From the NCBI GenBank assembly GCA_002730975.1, contig PCBO01000062.1, forward strand, positions 213-64,212: a DNA stretch of 64,000 nucleotides, given 5' to 3'. The notes below the pieces were generated by a model. That model searched no databases. It saw only the letters and a list, made by a program, of their open reading frames with translations, and was not told where the DNA came from. Shown piece after piece: positions 9,126-21,854 of the stretch. The translations under genes were made by a program, and so were the position numbers. Positions within the stretch are counted from its first letter, which is position 1; the number at the start of each line of letters is the position of its first letter. Source of the stretch: Opitutia bacterium (lineage in GTDB: Bacteria > Verrucomicrobiota > Verrucomicrobiia > Opitutales > Seribacteraceae).

Positions 9126-11504
9126 TTAAATGTCGAGCGTGGCCTGCCCATCGGATTCGGACCGGTTAGGCCGAGCTCGTCCTTTGGAGTTCCCGGAATC
9201 CTTCGCCTCAGGCAATCCATTGACCGGTGAAGCTTCCGGGCGGGAGGGGGCTAGCTTCGCCTCAGCACCTTCAGATGGCTTTCTGTTTGTTTTTGGTGAA
9301 GACTTCTTGGTTGCAACAACCTTGGGCGGAGGTGAGTTTTTTTCTTCCGCATCACCTGATTTCGGCGCATTGACAACACGATCGACTTTGTGGGCAGTCA
9401 GTGTGGATCCTTTTACCGAACGTCCCTGAAGTTCGAGCCAACTGAAATCAAATTCAATCACCATCTCCTTAATTCGTTTCAAGGCCGGGTCAAGATGCAC
9501 CAAGACCTTACTGTTGGAGTCATCTGATTGGTGTGCGGTGAAAAAGAACACCCGAGACCTAGAGTGCGGCTTGAACAAATTATATTCTTTTTCTCTAGTA
9601 ACTCCTCCGACTTGAAATTTTTTTGCGTAAAGTCGTCCACTTGAGCCCTCCCGATAAACCATATTGTAGGTAGTTTTTTCTCCCCGTCGAAAAACGGCCA
9701 CACGCAAAGGAGCTTTGCCGACGAACATCTTGTCAGAAATCTTCATCACTTTCATGACGCCGTCCTTTCCAATAACGACGACATCATCCATCGTCGAACA
9801 TTTTTCAATCACTTCGTCCTTCTTGAGTCCGTAACCAGCAAAACCATCCTTCCGATTCAGGTATAGAGTCTCGTTGGCTACCACTACATTGGAAGCGACG
9901 ATTCGGTCAAACGCGACAAGTTCTCCATCTTCTCCCCGGGATATCTCGGTAAGCCGTTCACGACCTTTACCGTATTTCTTTTTCAGCTCCTTGAAGTAGC
10001 GAATGGCGTATTTAGTGAGCTGCGAGAGATTACGTTCAACTTCTTCGATATCGTCCTCAAAGGCCTTGATTTGTTCATCGGCTCTAAAGGCATCGTACTT
10101 GGATATTCGCTTGATTCGGATTTCAAGAAGGCGAACAATATCATCTTTCGTGATCTCCCGATTGAAGAGTTTGTTGTAGGGTTTTAATCCCTTGTCCACG
10201 GCCGCAACTACGCCTTCCCAGGTTTCTTCTTTCTCGATGTCGCGGTATATCCGTTTTTCGATGAATATTTTCTCTAGAGATGCGAAGTGCCACTTTTCCT
10301 GAAGTTCAGACAATCGGATTTCAAGTTCCTGACGCAAGAGGTCTCGGGCCCGTTCGGCAGCAGTCAGCAGCAAATCGTTTACGGAGAGAAATTGCGGATG
10401 GTTGTCGTGAATTATACAAGCATTGGGGGCAATGCTGACTTCGCAATCCGTAAAGGCATAAAGCGCGGGCAAAGCTTCCTCTGCACTCACGGTAGACGGA
10501 AGATAAACGAGAATTTCTACAACGTCTGCGGTGTTGTCTTCGACCTTGGAAACTTTGATCTTACCCTTGTCGTTCGCGGATAAGATGGAATCAATCAAGC
10601 TGGTAGTCGTTGTACCAAATGGAATTTCAGTAATTTTCAACAAATGTTTCTTCACCGTTTCCAAGCGAGCTCGCACTCGAAGCCTACCACCTCTGGCGCC
10701 ACCATTGTAATCGGTGCAATCCGCGATTCCAGCCTGAGCGAAGTCGGGAAGAAGCGATACGGGATTCTTGCGAAGAGCATCTATCAGGGCATCTAGAATC
10801 TCATTGAAATTGTGAGGGAGAATCTTCGTGGAAAGTCCAACAGCGATTCCTTCGGCTCCTTGAGCAAGAAGTAGCGGAAACTTTACGGGAAAAGTTACAG
10901 GTTCTTTGTTGCGCCCATCGTAGGAAGCCGCCCATTCCGTGACCTTTGGGCTGAAAATGACCTCTAGAGCAAAGGGAGTAAGTCGAGCCTCTATGTAACG
11001 TGGAGCGGCAGCAGAATCCCCTGTAAGAACATTGCCCCAGTTGCCCTGTGTATCGATAAGAAGTTCCTTTTGCCCGATTTGTACCATAGCATCGCCAATG
11101 GAAGCGTCACCATGCGGGTGATACTTCATGGTGTTGCCAATTACATTAGCCACCTTGTTGTATCGACCATCCTCCATTTCCCGCATGGAGTGCAGGATTC
11201 GGCGTTGAACAGGTTTCAAGCCATCATCCGAATGCGGAACGGCACGTTCGAGAATAACATATGAGGCATAGTCGAGAAACCAATCGCCATACATGTCGTC
11301 AACGTAAATACCATCGTCTCCTCGATCGTTTCCATTCGAATCATTACCGTTAAGAAGAGCTTCGGGGTCGAACTGACCACCTTCCCGAACAGTCAGATCG
11401 ACAGATTCTACGTCGGAATTCTCTTCAATGTTTTCGCCAGGGTTAGAAGAACCATCACTCTTAGAATTTTTCTTCCGATTACCTTCTTCCTCTTGATTCG
11501 ACAT
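9126..11504 (-). CDS. parC: type IIA DNA topoisomerase subunit A (topoisomerase IV ParC-like)
   Basis: LKPVQRRILHSM, YHPHGD, AAPRYIEARL active-site region. Sits directly downstream of the B subunit. Has an acidic N-terminal extension and a basic Pro/Ser-rich C-terminal tail. Confidence 0.85.
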   Translation of the reverse strand: MSNQEEEGNRKKNSKSDGSSNPGENIEENSDVESVDLTVREGGQFDPEALLNGNDSNGNDRGDDGIYVDDMYGDWFLDYASYVILERAVPHSDDGLKPVQRRILHSMREMEDGRYNKVANVIGNTMKYHPHGDASIGDAMVQIGQKELLIDTQGNWGNVLTGDSAAAPRYIEARLTPFALEVIFSPKVTEWAASYDGRNKEPVTFPVKFPLLLAQGAEGIAVGLSTKILPHNFNEILDALIDALRKNPVSLLPDFAQAGIADCTDYNGGARGGRLRVRARLETVKKHLLKITEIPFGTTTTSLIDSILSANDKGKIKVSKVEDNTADVVEILVYLPSTVSAEEALPALYAFTDCEVSIAPNACIIHDNHPQFLSVNDLLLTAAERARDLLRQELEIRLSELQEKWHFASLEKIFIEKRIYRDIEKEETWEGVVAAVDKGLKPYNKLFNREITKDDIVRLLEIRIKRISKYDAFRADEQIKAFEDDIEEVERNLSQLTKYAIRYFKELKKKYGKGRERLTEISRGEDGELVAFDRIVASNVVVANETLYLNRKDGFAGYGLKKDEVIEKCSTMDDVVVIGKDGVMKVMKISDKMFVGKAPLRVAVFRRGEKTTYNMVYREGSSGRLYAKKFQVGGVTREKEYNLFKPHSRSRVFFFTAHQSDDSNSKVLVHLDPALKRIKEMVIEFDFSWLELQGRSVKGSTLTAHKVDRVVNAPKSGDAEEKNSPPPKVVATKKSSPKTNRKPSEGAEAKLAPSRPEASPVNGLPEAKDSGNSKGRARPNRSESDGQATLDI

Positions 11505-11546
11505 TGAACTTAAATACTACTTCAACGCTTAAACAAAGATAACACA

Positions 11547-13472
11547 CTAAGCCGCCTGGCCGGCTGAAGCATCAGCATCGTCAATAGAGTCGGGCAAATG
11601 TTCCGTATCAGCCTTGGGGTCCTCTTCCAATACATCGTGCTCGAAGCGAAGATTACGGATGATGTATTGTTGCCGTTCGGGAGTATTTTTTCCCATAAAG
11701 AACTTGAGCATTCCTTTTATCGACTCGTTAGCGTCAAGTCGGACGGGGTCCAGCCTAATGTCTTCGGCAATGAAATGCTTGAATTCGTCTGGAGAAATTT
11801 CGCCCAGTCCCTTGAATCGAGTAATTTCCGGACTCCGGCCCAATTGCTTCAACGCAACCTCGCGCTCAATCTCGTCGTAACAGTAAAGCGTAGTTTTCTT
11901 GTTCCGAACCCGGAAGAGCGGAGTCTGAAGAACGAACAAGTGACCCTCGCGGATCAATTCGGGAAAAAACTGAAGAAAGAAAGTAATCAAAAGCAACCTT
12001 ATGTGCATACCGTCCACATCCGCGTCAGTGGCGATAACGACTTTGTTGTAGCGAAGATTTTCAAGATCTTCCTCGATACCTAGTGCCGCTTGAACGAGAT
12101 TGAACTCTTCGTTCTCGTAGACCACCTTTCTGGTGAGTCCGAATGAATTCAACGGTTTCCCCTTCAAACTGAATACCGCCTGTGTGGTTACGTCGCGAGC
12201 CTTGGTTATGGAACCACTGGCGGAATCACCCTCTGTAATGAAGAGTGTGGAATCAAATCGTTTCTTATCCTTGGTATTTAAATGACTTCGGCAATCTCGT
12301 AACTTTCGGTTGTGAACCTTGCTTTTCTTGGAACGTTCACGAGCTAGCTTTTGAATCCCCTTGAGTTCCTTTCTCTCGTGCTCACTACGATTGATTTTGT
12401 CAAGAAGAGCATCCGCAGTCTCTGGATTCTTGTGTAAGTAATTGTCAAGCTTCTGCTTGAGGAAATTTCCGATAAAGAGCCGAACGCTCTCTCCTTCGGG
12501 AGCAACAGTTAAAGATCCCAGTTTCGTTTTTGTCTGGGACTCAAAGACTGGTTCTTCAACCTTTATACTCACGGCGGCAACGATTCCTCCTCGAATATCA
12601 CCAGGTTCATAATTTTTCTTGGTAAATTCTCGAACTGTCTTAACGACAGCCTCCCTAAAAGCCGCCTGATGCGTTCCCCCTTGTGTAGTATGCTGACCGT
12701 TGACAAAGGAAAAATAGTCTTCACCGTATTGATCCAAGTGGGTGAATGCCACCTCGATATCTGGCCCTTCTAAATGAATGATTGGATAAAGGGGTTCTTC
12801 GGATAGGTTTTCCTGGAGTAAGTCCTTAAGTCCATCCTTCGAGCGAAACCGCGTGCCGTTGTACTTAAGGGTAAGCCCCTTGTTCAAGTACGCATAATAA
12901 CGCATCATACGCTCCGCATACTGGTTACGGAACCTGTATTTCTTAAACAAGTCTCCATCGGGAGTGAAACAGATGCTAGTACCGTTTTCCTCGGTCGTCT
13001 TTTTGTTCTTTCGGTCCTCAGATGTAATGTTGCCTCTAACAAACTCTATCCTGCGAGTATCTCCTTCTCGGAAGGCTTGAATATCAAAACTCGAGGAAAG
13101 AGCATTCACGGCCTTGATTCCAACGCCATTCAATCCAACGGATTTCTTAAAAGCCTTGGAATCGTATTTTGCGCCAGTGTTTATCTTGGAGGCACAAACC
13201 ATCAATTTTTCGAGCGGGATACCACGACCGTAATCGCGGACAATCACCTTTTGGCCGTCACACTCGACATCGATCGTCTTACCAAAACCCATCACATACT
13301 CGTCGATGGAATTGTCGAGCACCTCCTTGAGCAAAACATAGATGCCGTCGTCATCGGATGAACCATCTCCAAGTTTCCCGATATACATACCGGGGCGCAT
13401 CCGGATATGATCCTTCCAATCGAGCGACTTAACGCTGTCCGCCGTGTAATTATGATCAACCATTTCCACCAC
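11547..13472 (-). CDS. parE: type IIA DNA topoisomerase subunit B (topoisomerase IV ParE-like)
   Basis: GHKL ATPase motifs ([32 protein letters not shown]). Toprim EGDSA and [17 protein letters not shown]-type motif (SLKGKPLN). Confidence 0.85.
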   Translation of the reverse strand: MVEMVDHNYTADSVKSLDWKDHIRMRPGMYIGKLGDGSSDDDGIYVLLKEVLDNSIDEYVMGFGKTIDVECDGQKVIVRDYGRGIPLEKLMVCASKINTGAKYDSKAFKKSVGLNGVGIKAVNALSSSFDIQAFREGDTRRIEFVRGNITSEDRKNKKTTEENGTSICFTPDGDLFKKYRFRNQYAERMMRYYAYLNKGLTLKYNGTRFRSKDGLKDLLQENLSEEPLYPIIHLEGPDIEVAFTHLDQYGEDYFSFVNGQHTTQGGTHQAAFREAVVKTVREFTKKNYEPGDIRGGIVAAVSIKVEEPVFESQTKTKLGSLTVAPEGESVRLFIGNFLKQKLDNYLHKNPETADALLDKINRSEHERKELKGIQKLARERSKKSKVHNRKLRDCRSHLNTKDKKRFDSTLFITEGDSASGSITKARDVTTQAVFSLKGKPLNSFGLTRKVVYENEEFNLVQAALGIEEDLENLRYNKVVIATDADVDGMHIRLLLITFFLQFFPELIREGHLFVLQTPLFRVRNKKTTLYCYDEIEREVALKQLGRSPEITRFKGLGEISPDEFKHFIAEDIRLDPVRLDANESIKGMLKFFMGKNTPERQQYIIRNLRFEHDVLEEDPKADTEHLPDSIDDADASAGQAA

Positions 13473-13606
13473 TGGTCACAAGACCTTCCACGGGGAAAAA
13501 TTTTATGGAGGGGTTCGTCCAACTTGTCCACGAGAAAAAGAGTTTTTGCAGAATAATTATCGAAAACCCTCTTGCCAGCTCCAATTTGAAGGGGTTTTCT
13601 AAAGTG

Positions 13607-14290
13607 ATGCTTGCTAGTTTCACCATGGCGTTCGGACAATTAAACGACTCCCGCTTCCTAAAACCACTGCTCTATTCCCTTGGATTGTCAATGATTGTAG
13701 CAATGATAGCTCTTCCACTAGGATACTTCGGGTTTGAATGCTTAAGCCAAGCATTTCTATCATGGCTTGAGGGTGGCGAAAGTTGGTGGATGAATACAAT
13801 CGAATGGAGCCTAAGGGTTCTCGGAATCTTAATAATTTCGGTCGTACTTTTCTTTGCCTTTGGTTCGATTCAGACTGCTTTTCTCGGGCTATTTATTGAC
13901 GATATTGTTACGGCTACCCGAGATAAAAACCACCCTACCGTTCAACTAGAACCACCACCCTCCTTAACTAAGTCAAGCTGGGCGTCTGTGCGATTCCTTT
14001 GCCTTTCGCTTTCATTGAACGCTCTCATCCTGCCCATCGTTCTGATCGGATGGTTTCTTCCCCCGGTAGGACTGATCGTCCAGTTGATCGCCAACGGTTA
14101 TCTTTTCGGAAAGGAATACGAGGATATCATCGCCGTTCGTTTTGAGACGGAAATCCACTTAAATCCACTAAAGAGAACTATATTCGGCACCGCTACTGCA
14201 GCTCTTTTTCTTGTTCCGGTTCTGAACTTTATTGCACCCGTCATATCGGCAGCTGCATTCACGAACTACGTTGCTTCTCGATATGAGTGA
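13607..14290 (+). CDS. EI24/CysZ-family integral membrane protein
   Basis: Four or more TM segments. C-terminal LVPVLNFIAPVISAAAFT resembles the conserved CysZ/EI24 C-terminus. The track ORF starts at 13505, but an internal Met at 13607 (or 13625) is more plausible. The 3' end overlaps thiD convergently by 32 nt. Confidence 0.5.
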   Translation: MLASFTMAFGQLNDSRFLKPLLYSLGLSMIVAMIALPLGYFGFECLSQAFLSWLEGGESWWMNTIEWSLRVLGILIISVVLFFAFGSIQTAFLGLFIDDIVTATRDKNHPTVQLEPPPSLTKSSWASVRFLCLSLSLNALILPIVLIGWFLPPVGLIVQLIANGYLFGKEYEDIIAVRFETEIHLNPLKRTIFGTATAALFLVPVLNFIAPVISAAAFTNYVASRYE

Positions 14291-15017
14291 ATAGGTAGCT
14301 CCGCGCATGATCCACAGCTTGGCTAAGATCGTCGCCCAGAGCGAGCCTTGCCGAAATAGCCGAGGCCAACCTGCAGCCCGTCCCGCGACTCGAAGTTATG
14401 GGCAATCGTTCGTGACAAAACTCTTGTCCTTTGACTTCGCCTTTTTTTAGTAAATAATCCACACAATCCCTTCCCGTAAGATGTCCCCCTTTCACCAGTA
14501 CGGCGGCAGAACCAAGATCCATAATCGCACTGGCGAGGGCATGCAGATCCTGCTTCGTAAAGCAAGAAAGCCCAGTTAGGCTGCAAGCCTCGGGTATGTT
14601 CGGAGTGACAAGAGTCGCCAAAGGGAAAAGGATGCGACTTCTTTTCGAAACGCTAGATTCGTCCGCCAAGTGTCCGCCCGAAGTGGAATTAAGGAGCGGA
14701 TCCAGGACTATATTGAGACAATGCTTTTGTTGTAGGAATTCAGTCAATATCTCTACAATGGATTCGTTAGGCAACATCCCGATTTTCACGGCCGAAACAT
14801 GGCCGCCCGAATGATCCCAAGCGGCTTCCAACTGATCCTTAAAGACTAAAGAATCAACGGGCTGGGAGGACAAAAACTTCCGGTCGGTCTGAGCGGTAAT
14901 TGCGGAAACTGCAAGCAAGGGCTGACATCCCATGATTCGAACTACTTCCAAGTCGGCCGAAAGCCCAGCACCACAGGAACTATCAGAACCAGCGACAATG
15001 AGGACGGAGGGCATCAA
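14259..15017 (-). CDS. thiD: hydroxymethylpyrimidine/phosphomethylpyrimidine kinase
   Basis: VLIVAGSDSSCGAGLSADL, VKIGML, LVKGGH and GTGC motifs. Lies in the thi operon. Confidence 0.9.
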   Translation of the reverse strand: MMPSVLIVAGSDSSCGAGLSADLEVVRIMGCQPLLAVSAITAQTDRKFLSSQPVDSLVFKDQLEAAWDHSGGHVSAVKIGMLPNESIVEILTEFLQQKHCLNIVLDPLLNSTSGGHLADESSVSKRSRILFPLATLVTPNIPEACSLTGLSCFTKQDLHALASAIMDLGSAAVLVKGGHLTGRDCVDYLLKKGEVKGQEFCHERLPITSSRGTGCRLASAISARLALGDDLSQAVDHARSYLFTHIEKQRSS

Positions 15018-15023
15018 AAAACC

Positions 15024-16157
15024 TCAATAACGTGGCATATCTGGATCCACTTCTTCGGACCATAGATCTATGCCGCCGACCAAGTTTTCAACCTTTTTGA
15101 TGCCGTAGCTTTGACGAAGGATTTCACAGGCCATCATACTCCGAACTCCTGCCTTGCAGTAAATCACGACGGTTTCATCAGATGACAACTCGGGAGGCAG
15201 GTTCACAGGTGGGGGTTGCCGCAAATGACTAAGGGGAAGAGCAACTGCACCTTCGATCCGACAAATTTCCATCTCCCAAGGCTCTCGCACATCGAGAAGA
15301 ATGGGAGACGCTTCACAGCCGAGACGGGTACACAATTCATGAGGAAAAACCTGCTGAATCTCATCGTCGTCGGAAGATTGGGGCACTTCGCATGAAAAAT
15401 CAATTTCCTTAAGATCACCAACGCTTTGATTGGCTGGATTAAGAGTGAAATTCACGAGATTGCTTCGCAAGGTGAGCGCGTCAAAAAGCAAGAGCTTACC
15501 GGATAAAACCTCGCCGACTCCGGAAAGGATCTTAATCGCTTCCAATGCTTGAAGACCACCAATAATTCCCGGGAGAACTCCCACAACACCGATTTCAGCG
15601 CAGTTGGGAACATCCTTGGGATTGGGGCTCTTAGGAAACAGGCAACGGTAGGTAGGTCCACCTTTGTAGTTGAAGACAGTGGCTTGGCCCTCGAATTTAA
15701 AAATAGACCCAAAGCAGAGTGGTTTTCCAAACTTTACGCAGGCGTCGTTCACCAAGTATCGGGTGGGAAAGTTATCGCTACAGTCGAGCACCAATTCATA
15801 GCCGGAAAGGAGACGTTCCGCATTTTCTGGAGTAAAGCGCTCAATATGGGACTGAAGAGCGACGTGAGGATTGAGGTCGGAAAGACCGTCAATCGCGGCT
15901 TCAGCCTTGGGCCGATCAAGCTGGGAATAACCAAAGAGCACTTGACGCTGCAGATTCGAAACCTCGACGCGGTCAAAATCACAAATGCCGATACGACCTA
16001 CCCCGGCGGCGGTTAGGTACTGTAGAGCCGGGCAACCGAGACCTCCGGCTCCCACAACAAGAACGGAACCAGCTTTCAGTCGCTCCTGTCCATTCGTACC
16101 TATTTCGGGAAGAGATACGTGCCGTTGATAATGGCGAAGTTCTTCAGGGCTTAGCAT
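15024..16157 (-). CDS. thiF: ThiF/MoeB-type adenylyltransferase with C-terminal rhodanese domain
   Basis: RYQRH, VVGAGGLGCP Rossmann motif, NLQRQ. C-terminal rhodanese loop YCKAGVRS. Operon context with thiS/thiG/thiH. Confidence 0.85.
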   Translation of the reverse strand: MLSPEELRHYQRHVSLPEIGTNGQERLKAGSVLVVGAGGLGCPALQYLTAAGVGRIGICDFDRVEVSNLQRQVLFGYSQLDRPKAEAAIDGLSDLNPHVALQSHIERFTPENAERLLSGYELVLDCSDNFPTRYLVNDACVKFGKPLCFGSIFKFEGQATVFNYKGGPTYRCLFPKSPNPKDVPNCAEIGVVGVLPGIIGGLQALEAIKILSGVGEVLSGKLLLFDALTLRSNLVNFTLNPANQSVGDLKEIDFSCEVPQSSDDDEIQQVFPHELCTRLGCEASPILLDVREPWEMEICRIEGAVALPLSHLRQPPPVNLPPELSSDETVVIYCKAGVRSMMACEILRQSYGIKKVENLVGGIDLWSEEVDPDMPRY

Positions 16158-16166
16158 ATCGCAAAC

Positions 16167-17360
16167 TCAAACGACTAGTGCGAGAGGTTGATCGTCGAGC
16201 GTCGAATCGGCTTGGAGATTGCGCGCCGAGTGACAATCATAGGACGCGTCCCAATCCTTCCAAACAGGTTCGTAGCCAGCGGAAACAAGCATCTGAGCAA
16301 CCTCTGCAGGAGAGCGATCATCGGAGATTGAAAATTGTTCGAGAGTCTCATCTGCGTCCTTGCTCGCATAACCACCGGGCTCGGTACGAGATCCGGCACT
16401 CATCGTAGTGACTCCCAGCTTAAAAGCATGGTCACGAAACATAGGACTCTCTCGAGTCGAGAGCGTAATTTCCAACTCATGGTTAAAAATACGGTAGGCA
16501 CAAAGAAGTTGGACGACGTCGCGGTCAGTAATGTTAGCATCAGGAGGCGTTTCTCCTTCGTGAGGACGCATCCGCGGGAAGGACATGGAATAGGTGGAGC
16601 GCCAGTACGCACGTTCGAGATAATCAAGGTGAAGAGCAGCAAAAAAGGCATCTGTTCGCCAATCCTCAGTGAGACCATAAAGGCAACCCAGACCAATCTT
16701 CTTTACACCTGCAGCTCCCAAGCGATCGGGAGTTTCCAAACGCCAAATCATATTGCTTTTCTTACCCTTAGGATGATGACTTCGATAGCTTTCTGGATGA
16801 TAAGTTTCCTGATAGACCAAGACAGAGTGCAAACCCTCCGCAACGAGTGACTCATATTCGTTTTGTTCCAGAGGTTGAACCTCCATAGACAGGTTTGCAA
16901 AATGGGGACGAAGAACATGTAACGCATCACGAAAGTATTTAAGATGCACCTTTCTTTGAGCTTCACCAGTAACAATCAGCACATGCTCGAAACCTTGTTT
17001 CCTGAGAACGGAAGCTTCAGCCATAATCTCTCGCGCATTTAAGGTCTTTCGCGGAACTGAGTTAGTAAGACTAAAACCACAATAATCGCAAATATTTTGG
17101 CATTCATTAGAGAGGTACATCGGGGCGAAAAGTCGCACTGCGTCACCAAATCGCTGCCTAGTCAGTTCATGGCTAAGGCGAGCCATCGGTTCCAAATAAT
17201 CAACTGCTGCCGAAGAAACGAGGGCCCTAAAATCCTCTAACCCACCAGTCCCCTTTCGGTCTAAAGCAAGTTCAACCATGGGAGGCGTCACCGAGCTTAT
17301 CGCAGCAGAAGTTTCATCCCAAGAAGTTTTCTCAAAAAGGTCCTTAAACGAGGATTTCAT
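16167..17360 (-). CDS. thiH: 2-iminoacetate synthase (radical SAM tyrosine lyase)
   Basis: CQNICDYCGF radical-SAM cluster motif. About 397 aa. Adjacent to thiG. Confidence 0.9.
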   Translation of the reverse strand: MKSSFKDLFEKTSWDETSAAISSVTPPMVELALDRKGTGGLEDFRALVSSAAVDYLEPMARLSHELTRQRFGDAVRLFAPMYLSNECQNICDYCGFSLTNSVPRKTLNAREIMAEASVLRKQGFEHVLIVTGEAQRKVHLKYFRDALHVLRPHFANLSMEVQPLEQNEYESLVAEGLHSVLVYQETYHPESYRSHHPKGKKSNMIWRLETPDRLGAAGVKKIGLGCLYGLTEDWRTDAFFAALHLDYLERAYWRSTYSMSFPRMRPHEGETPPDANITDRDVVQLLCAYRIFNHELEITLSTRESPMFRDHAFKLGVTTMSAGSRTEPGGYASKDADETLEQFSISDDRSPAEVAQMLVSAGYEPVWKDWDASYDCHSARNLQADSTLDDQPLALVV

Positions 17361-17379
17361 TAGCGGATCGAAGAGCTCT

Positions 17380-18159
17380 CTAAGCTTCAGAGGAAAGAAA
17401 GCCAGTTAGGGGAGAAGTCCCTTCTGCTTGGTGCAAAGCCGATCCCAGTCCGGCCAGTCGAGCAGAGCGACCAGCTTCGACGGCTTGGGCAAATGCAGCT
17501 CCCATAACTACGGGATCTTTGGCTACCGCCATCGCTGTGTTCACCAATACGGCGTCTGCACCCATTTCCATTGCCTCAGCGGCTTGAGAAGGCGCACCGA
17601 TGCCTGCGTCTACCACCACGGGCACAGAACTCTGATCGATTATGATGCGGAGAAACTCTCTTGATTTCAGCCCTAGATTACTGCCGATCGGAGAACCGAG
17701 TGGCATGACTGCGCCTGCGCCTGCTTCTTCGAGGCGCTTGCACAGGACGGGATCGGCGTGACAGTAAGGTAACACAATAAAGCCCTCCTTAACCAATTGC
17801 TCGGTTGCCAGCAAGGTCTCGAGAGGGTCTGGCATAAGGTATTTGGGGTCCGGATGAATTTCTAATTTCAGCCAATTAGTACATAAAGCCTCCCTCGCCA
17901 TTTTAGCGGCAAAAACAGCTTCAGTAGCATCCCGCACTCCTGAGGTGTTAGGAAGAAGACGAAAATGAGAGGAATCAATGTAGTCGAGAATAGAGTCTTC
18001 ACTTGCGGAAGGATTTGTCCTTTTGAGCGCAACGGTGACCATGGACGATCGCGAAGCCTCCAATGAAGCCCGCATGACTTCGCTTGAGGAATATTTACCA
18101 GTCCCCACAAAAAGACGTGAATTAAACCTTTCGCCGGAAATCAAAAGAGCGTCATCCAT
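17380..18159 (-). CDS. thiG: thiazole synthase
   Basis: [43 protein letters not shown] signature motifs. Confidence 0.95.
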   Translation of the reverse strand: MDDALLISGERFNSRLFVGTGKYSSSEVMRASLEASRSSMVTVALKRTNPSASEDSILDYIDSSHFRLLPNTSGVRDATEAVFAAKMAREALCTNWLKLEIHPDPKYLMPDPLETLLATEQLVKEGFIVLPYCHADPVLCKRLEEAGAGAVMPLGSPIGSNLGLKSREFLRIIIDQSSVPVVVDAGIGAPSQAAEAMEMGADAVLVNTAMAVAKDPVVMGAAFAQAVEAGRSARLAGLGSALHQAEGTSPLTGFLSSEA

Positions 18160-18169
18160 AATTCAATCC

Positions 18170-18811
18170 TCAGGCAGCTGAAATGGAAGATGAGCTGACG
18201 GCATCGACAAACCGACTAATAACGCAAGCGGAGGGGGTTTCATTCTCAAATAAAACATTGCAGGCTGCCATGCCATAGGCACCCAAAGATAAGACATTGT
18301 CGACATCATCAGGTACTAAACCACCAATTACGAAAGAAGGAATCGTTCGTAGTTCAAGGATTATAGATCGCAATTCTTGCGAGTCCAAGACAGGGGCTAG
18401 ATTTTGCTTAGTTCCCGTATAACGGAAAGGCCCGACTCCAGCGTAATCGCAAACGCCATCGGCAACTAAAACCTCTGCATCCGCAATAGAATTTACGGTG
18501 CCGCCAATCAAAAATTTTGGGCCAAGCATCTCACGAGCCAATTTGGTAGAGAGGTCATTACTGCCGAGGTGAACCCCATCCGCTTGTGCGCGCAAAGCTA
18601 TCTCCGACGAATCGTTTACGATAAAAACGGCTTTAAACTCTTGACATACGCTAGCGGAAGCCTGTGCGGCGTAAAGATATTCCGAGAAAGAGAGAGATTT
18701 CGAACGAATCTGCACCCAGCGCGCGCCCGCCACGCAAAATGCTCGAGTCTGTTCGACGTGAGAAACATCTGATGAATCAGTCGTAAGGCATTGGAGGCGA
18801 GGAAAATTCAT
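18170..18811 (-). CDS. thiE: thiamine-phosphate synthase
   Basis: VQIRSK, GVHLG, DYAGVGPF and VIGG motifs. ATGA start/stop overlap with the upstream paralog. Confidence 0.8.
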   Translation of the reverse strand: MNFPRLQCLTTDSSDVSHVEQTRAFCVAGARWVQIRSKSLSFSEYLYAAQASASVCQEFKAVFIVNDSSEIALRAQADGVHLGSNDLSTKLAREMLGPKFLIGGTVNSIADAEVLVADGVCDYAGVGPFRYTGTKQNLAPVLDSQELRSIILELRTIPSFVIGGLVPDDVDNVLSLGAYGMAACNVLFENETPSACVISRFVDAVSSSSISAA

Positions 18812-19476
18812 GAGTTAGAGGAGTCCTTTTTTCCATTCTTGGCAATATCCTCAAGCCAAGAACTGTTTTCCAGACCACTACGCGACGGAATAGCCGTCCT
18901 GTATCTCATAAATGCCTTTTGTGGATAGCGACTGCCCCACACTCCACCAAGAGCAGCAACCCCATCGAAACCCAATGAAAGCGAGACCCTTACTTTTTCG
19001 GGCACAATGCCCCCCAACGCTACGATTCGTGGGAGTTCGACACGCAATTTTTGACGATCGACAAAAAAAGACCTAAGTTCTGAAGCGGAAAATGCAGAAT
19101 TATAACCCTGCTTTGATACCGAGTCGAAAATAGGACCAAGAAAAGCATAGTCGAGTTTTTCCTTGGAAGTAATCAACTCATCAAGGTAATGGAATGAACG
19201 GCTAATTGTCCCATCAACCTGTTTACCTAAATATTGCTCTTTCGACGACAAATGATACCCCGCAAATGGATATTCAGTCAATAATTCCGGTCTTCTGTGA
19301 ATCACTATTCTCTCAAGGCACTCGCCTGGAAATTCATTAAGAAATTTCCGAAGTTCGTCCAAAGACCAATCAGGTTTACGAACATGGAACCGAGAAAGGC
19401 CCATTTCGAAGATTCTTCGAATCGTAGAAACCTCGTTTTTTTTCTTACTCGGCGAAGAAATGAGAATCACTTCCAT
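18808..19476 (-). CDS. ThiE-family paralog (TenI-like, possible thiazole tautomerase)
   Basis: Same TIM-barrel family pattern (FHVRKP, DYAFLGPIFDS, ALGG). It diverges from the catalytic thiE next door. The arrangement resembles the thiS-tenI/thiE layouts seen in Bacteroidota-type thi operons. Confidence 0.55.
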   Translation of the reverse strand: MEVILISSPSKKKNEVSTIRRIFEMGLSRFHVRKPDWSLDELRKFLNEFPGECLERIVIHRRPELLTEYPFAGYHLSSKEQYLGKQVDGTISRSFHYLDELITSKEKLDYAFLGPIFDSVSKQGYNSAFSASELRSFFVDRQKLRVELPRIVALGGIVPEKVRVSLSLGFDGVAALGGVWGSRYPQKAFMRYRTAIPSRSGLENSSWLEDIAKNGKKDSSNS

Positions 19477-19483
19477 CGAAAGG

Positions 19484-21654
<2,171 letters not shown>

Positions 21655-21699
21655 TCACCGGTGGAACTACTAGCCTCTTTGTCTACTCATGGAGGATTG

Positions 21700-21790
21700 T
21701 TTTCCCTACGGCGATATGAATCACATCAGGTTCCAAGGGTCGCAGTCGGATCGCAACTGCCTCTCAGTCCCACGCCGGGAACTCCCCTAA
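21700..21790 (-). promoter_or_regulatory. TPP (THI-box) riboswitch in the thiC leader
   Basis: The minus strand reads GGGGAGUUCCCGGCGUGGGACUGAGAGGCAGUUGCGAUCCGACUGCGACCCUUGGAACCUGAUGUGAUUCAUAUCGCCGUAGGGAA. It contains the conserved CUGAGA, ACCUGAU and CGUAGGGAA elements, about 80 nt upstream of the thiC ATG. Confidence 0.9.
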
Positions 21791-21854
21791 ACTGTTCTTG
21801 GACCATCAAAGGAAACAAGAGATGCTAATGCAACAAAATTGCGAGCGAAAGGGA

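Noticed and set aside
9126-13472. Calling the topoisomerase pair gyrA/gyrB.
   Set aside because: The A subunit is short (792 aa) with a reduced C-terminal domain and no obvious GyrA-box. The B subunit (641 aa) lacks the long insertion of many GyrB proteins. This matches the ParC/ParE-type pairs of Bacteroidota and PVC bacteria. The assignment remains provisional without phylogeny.
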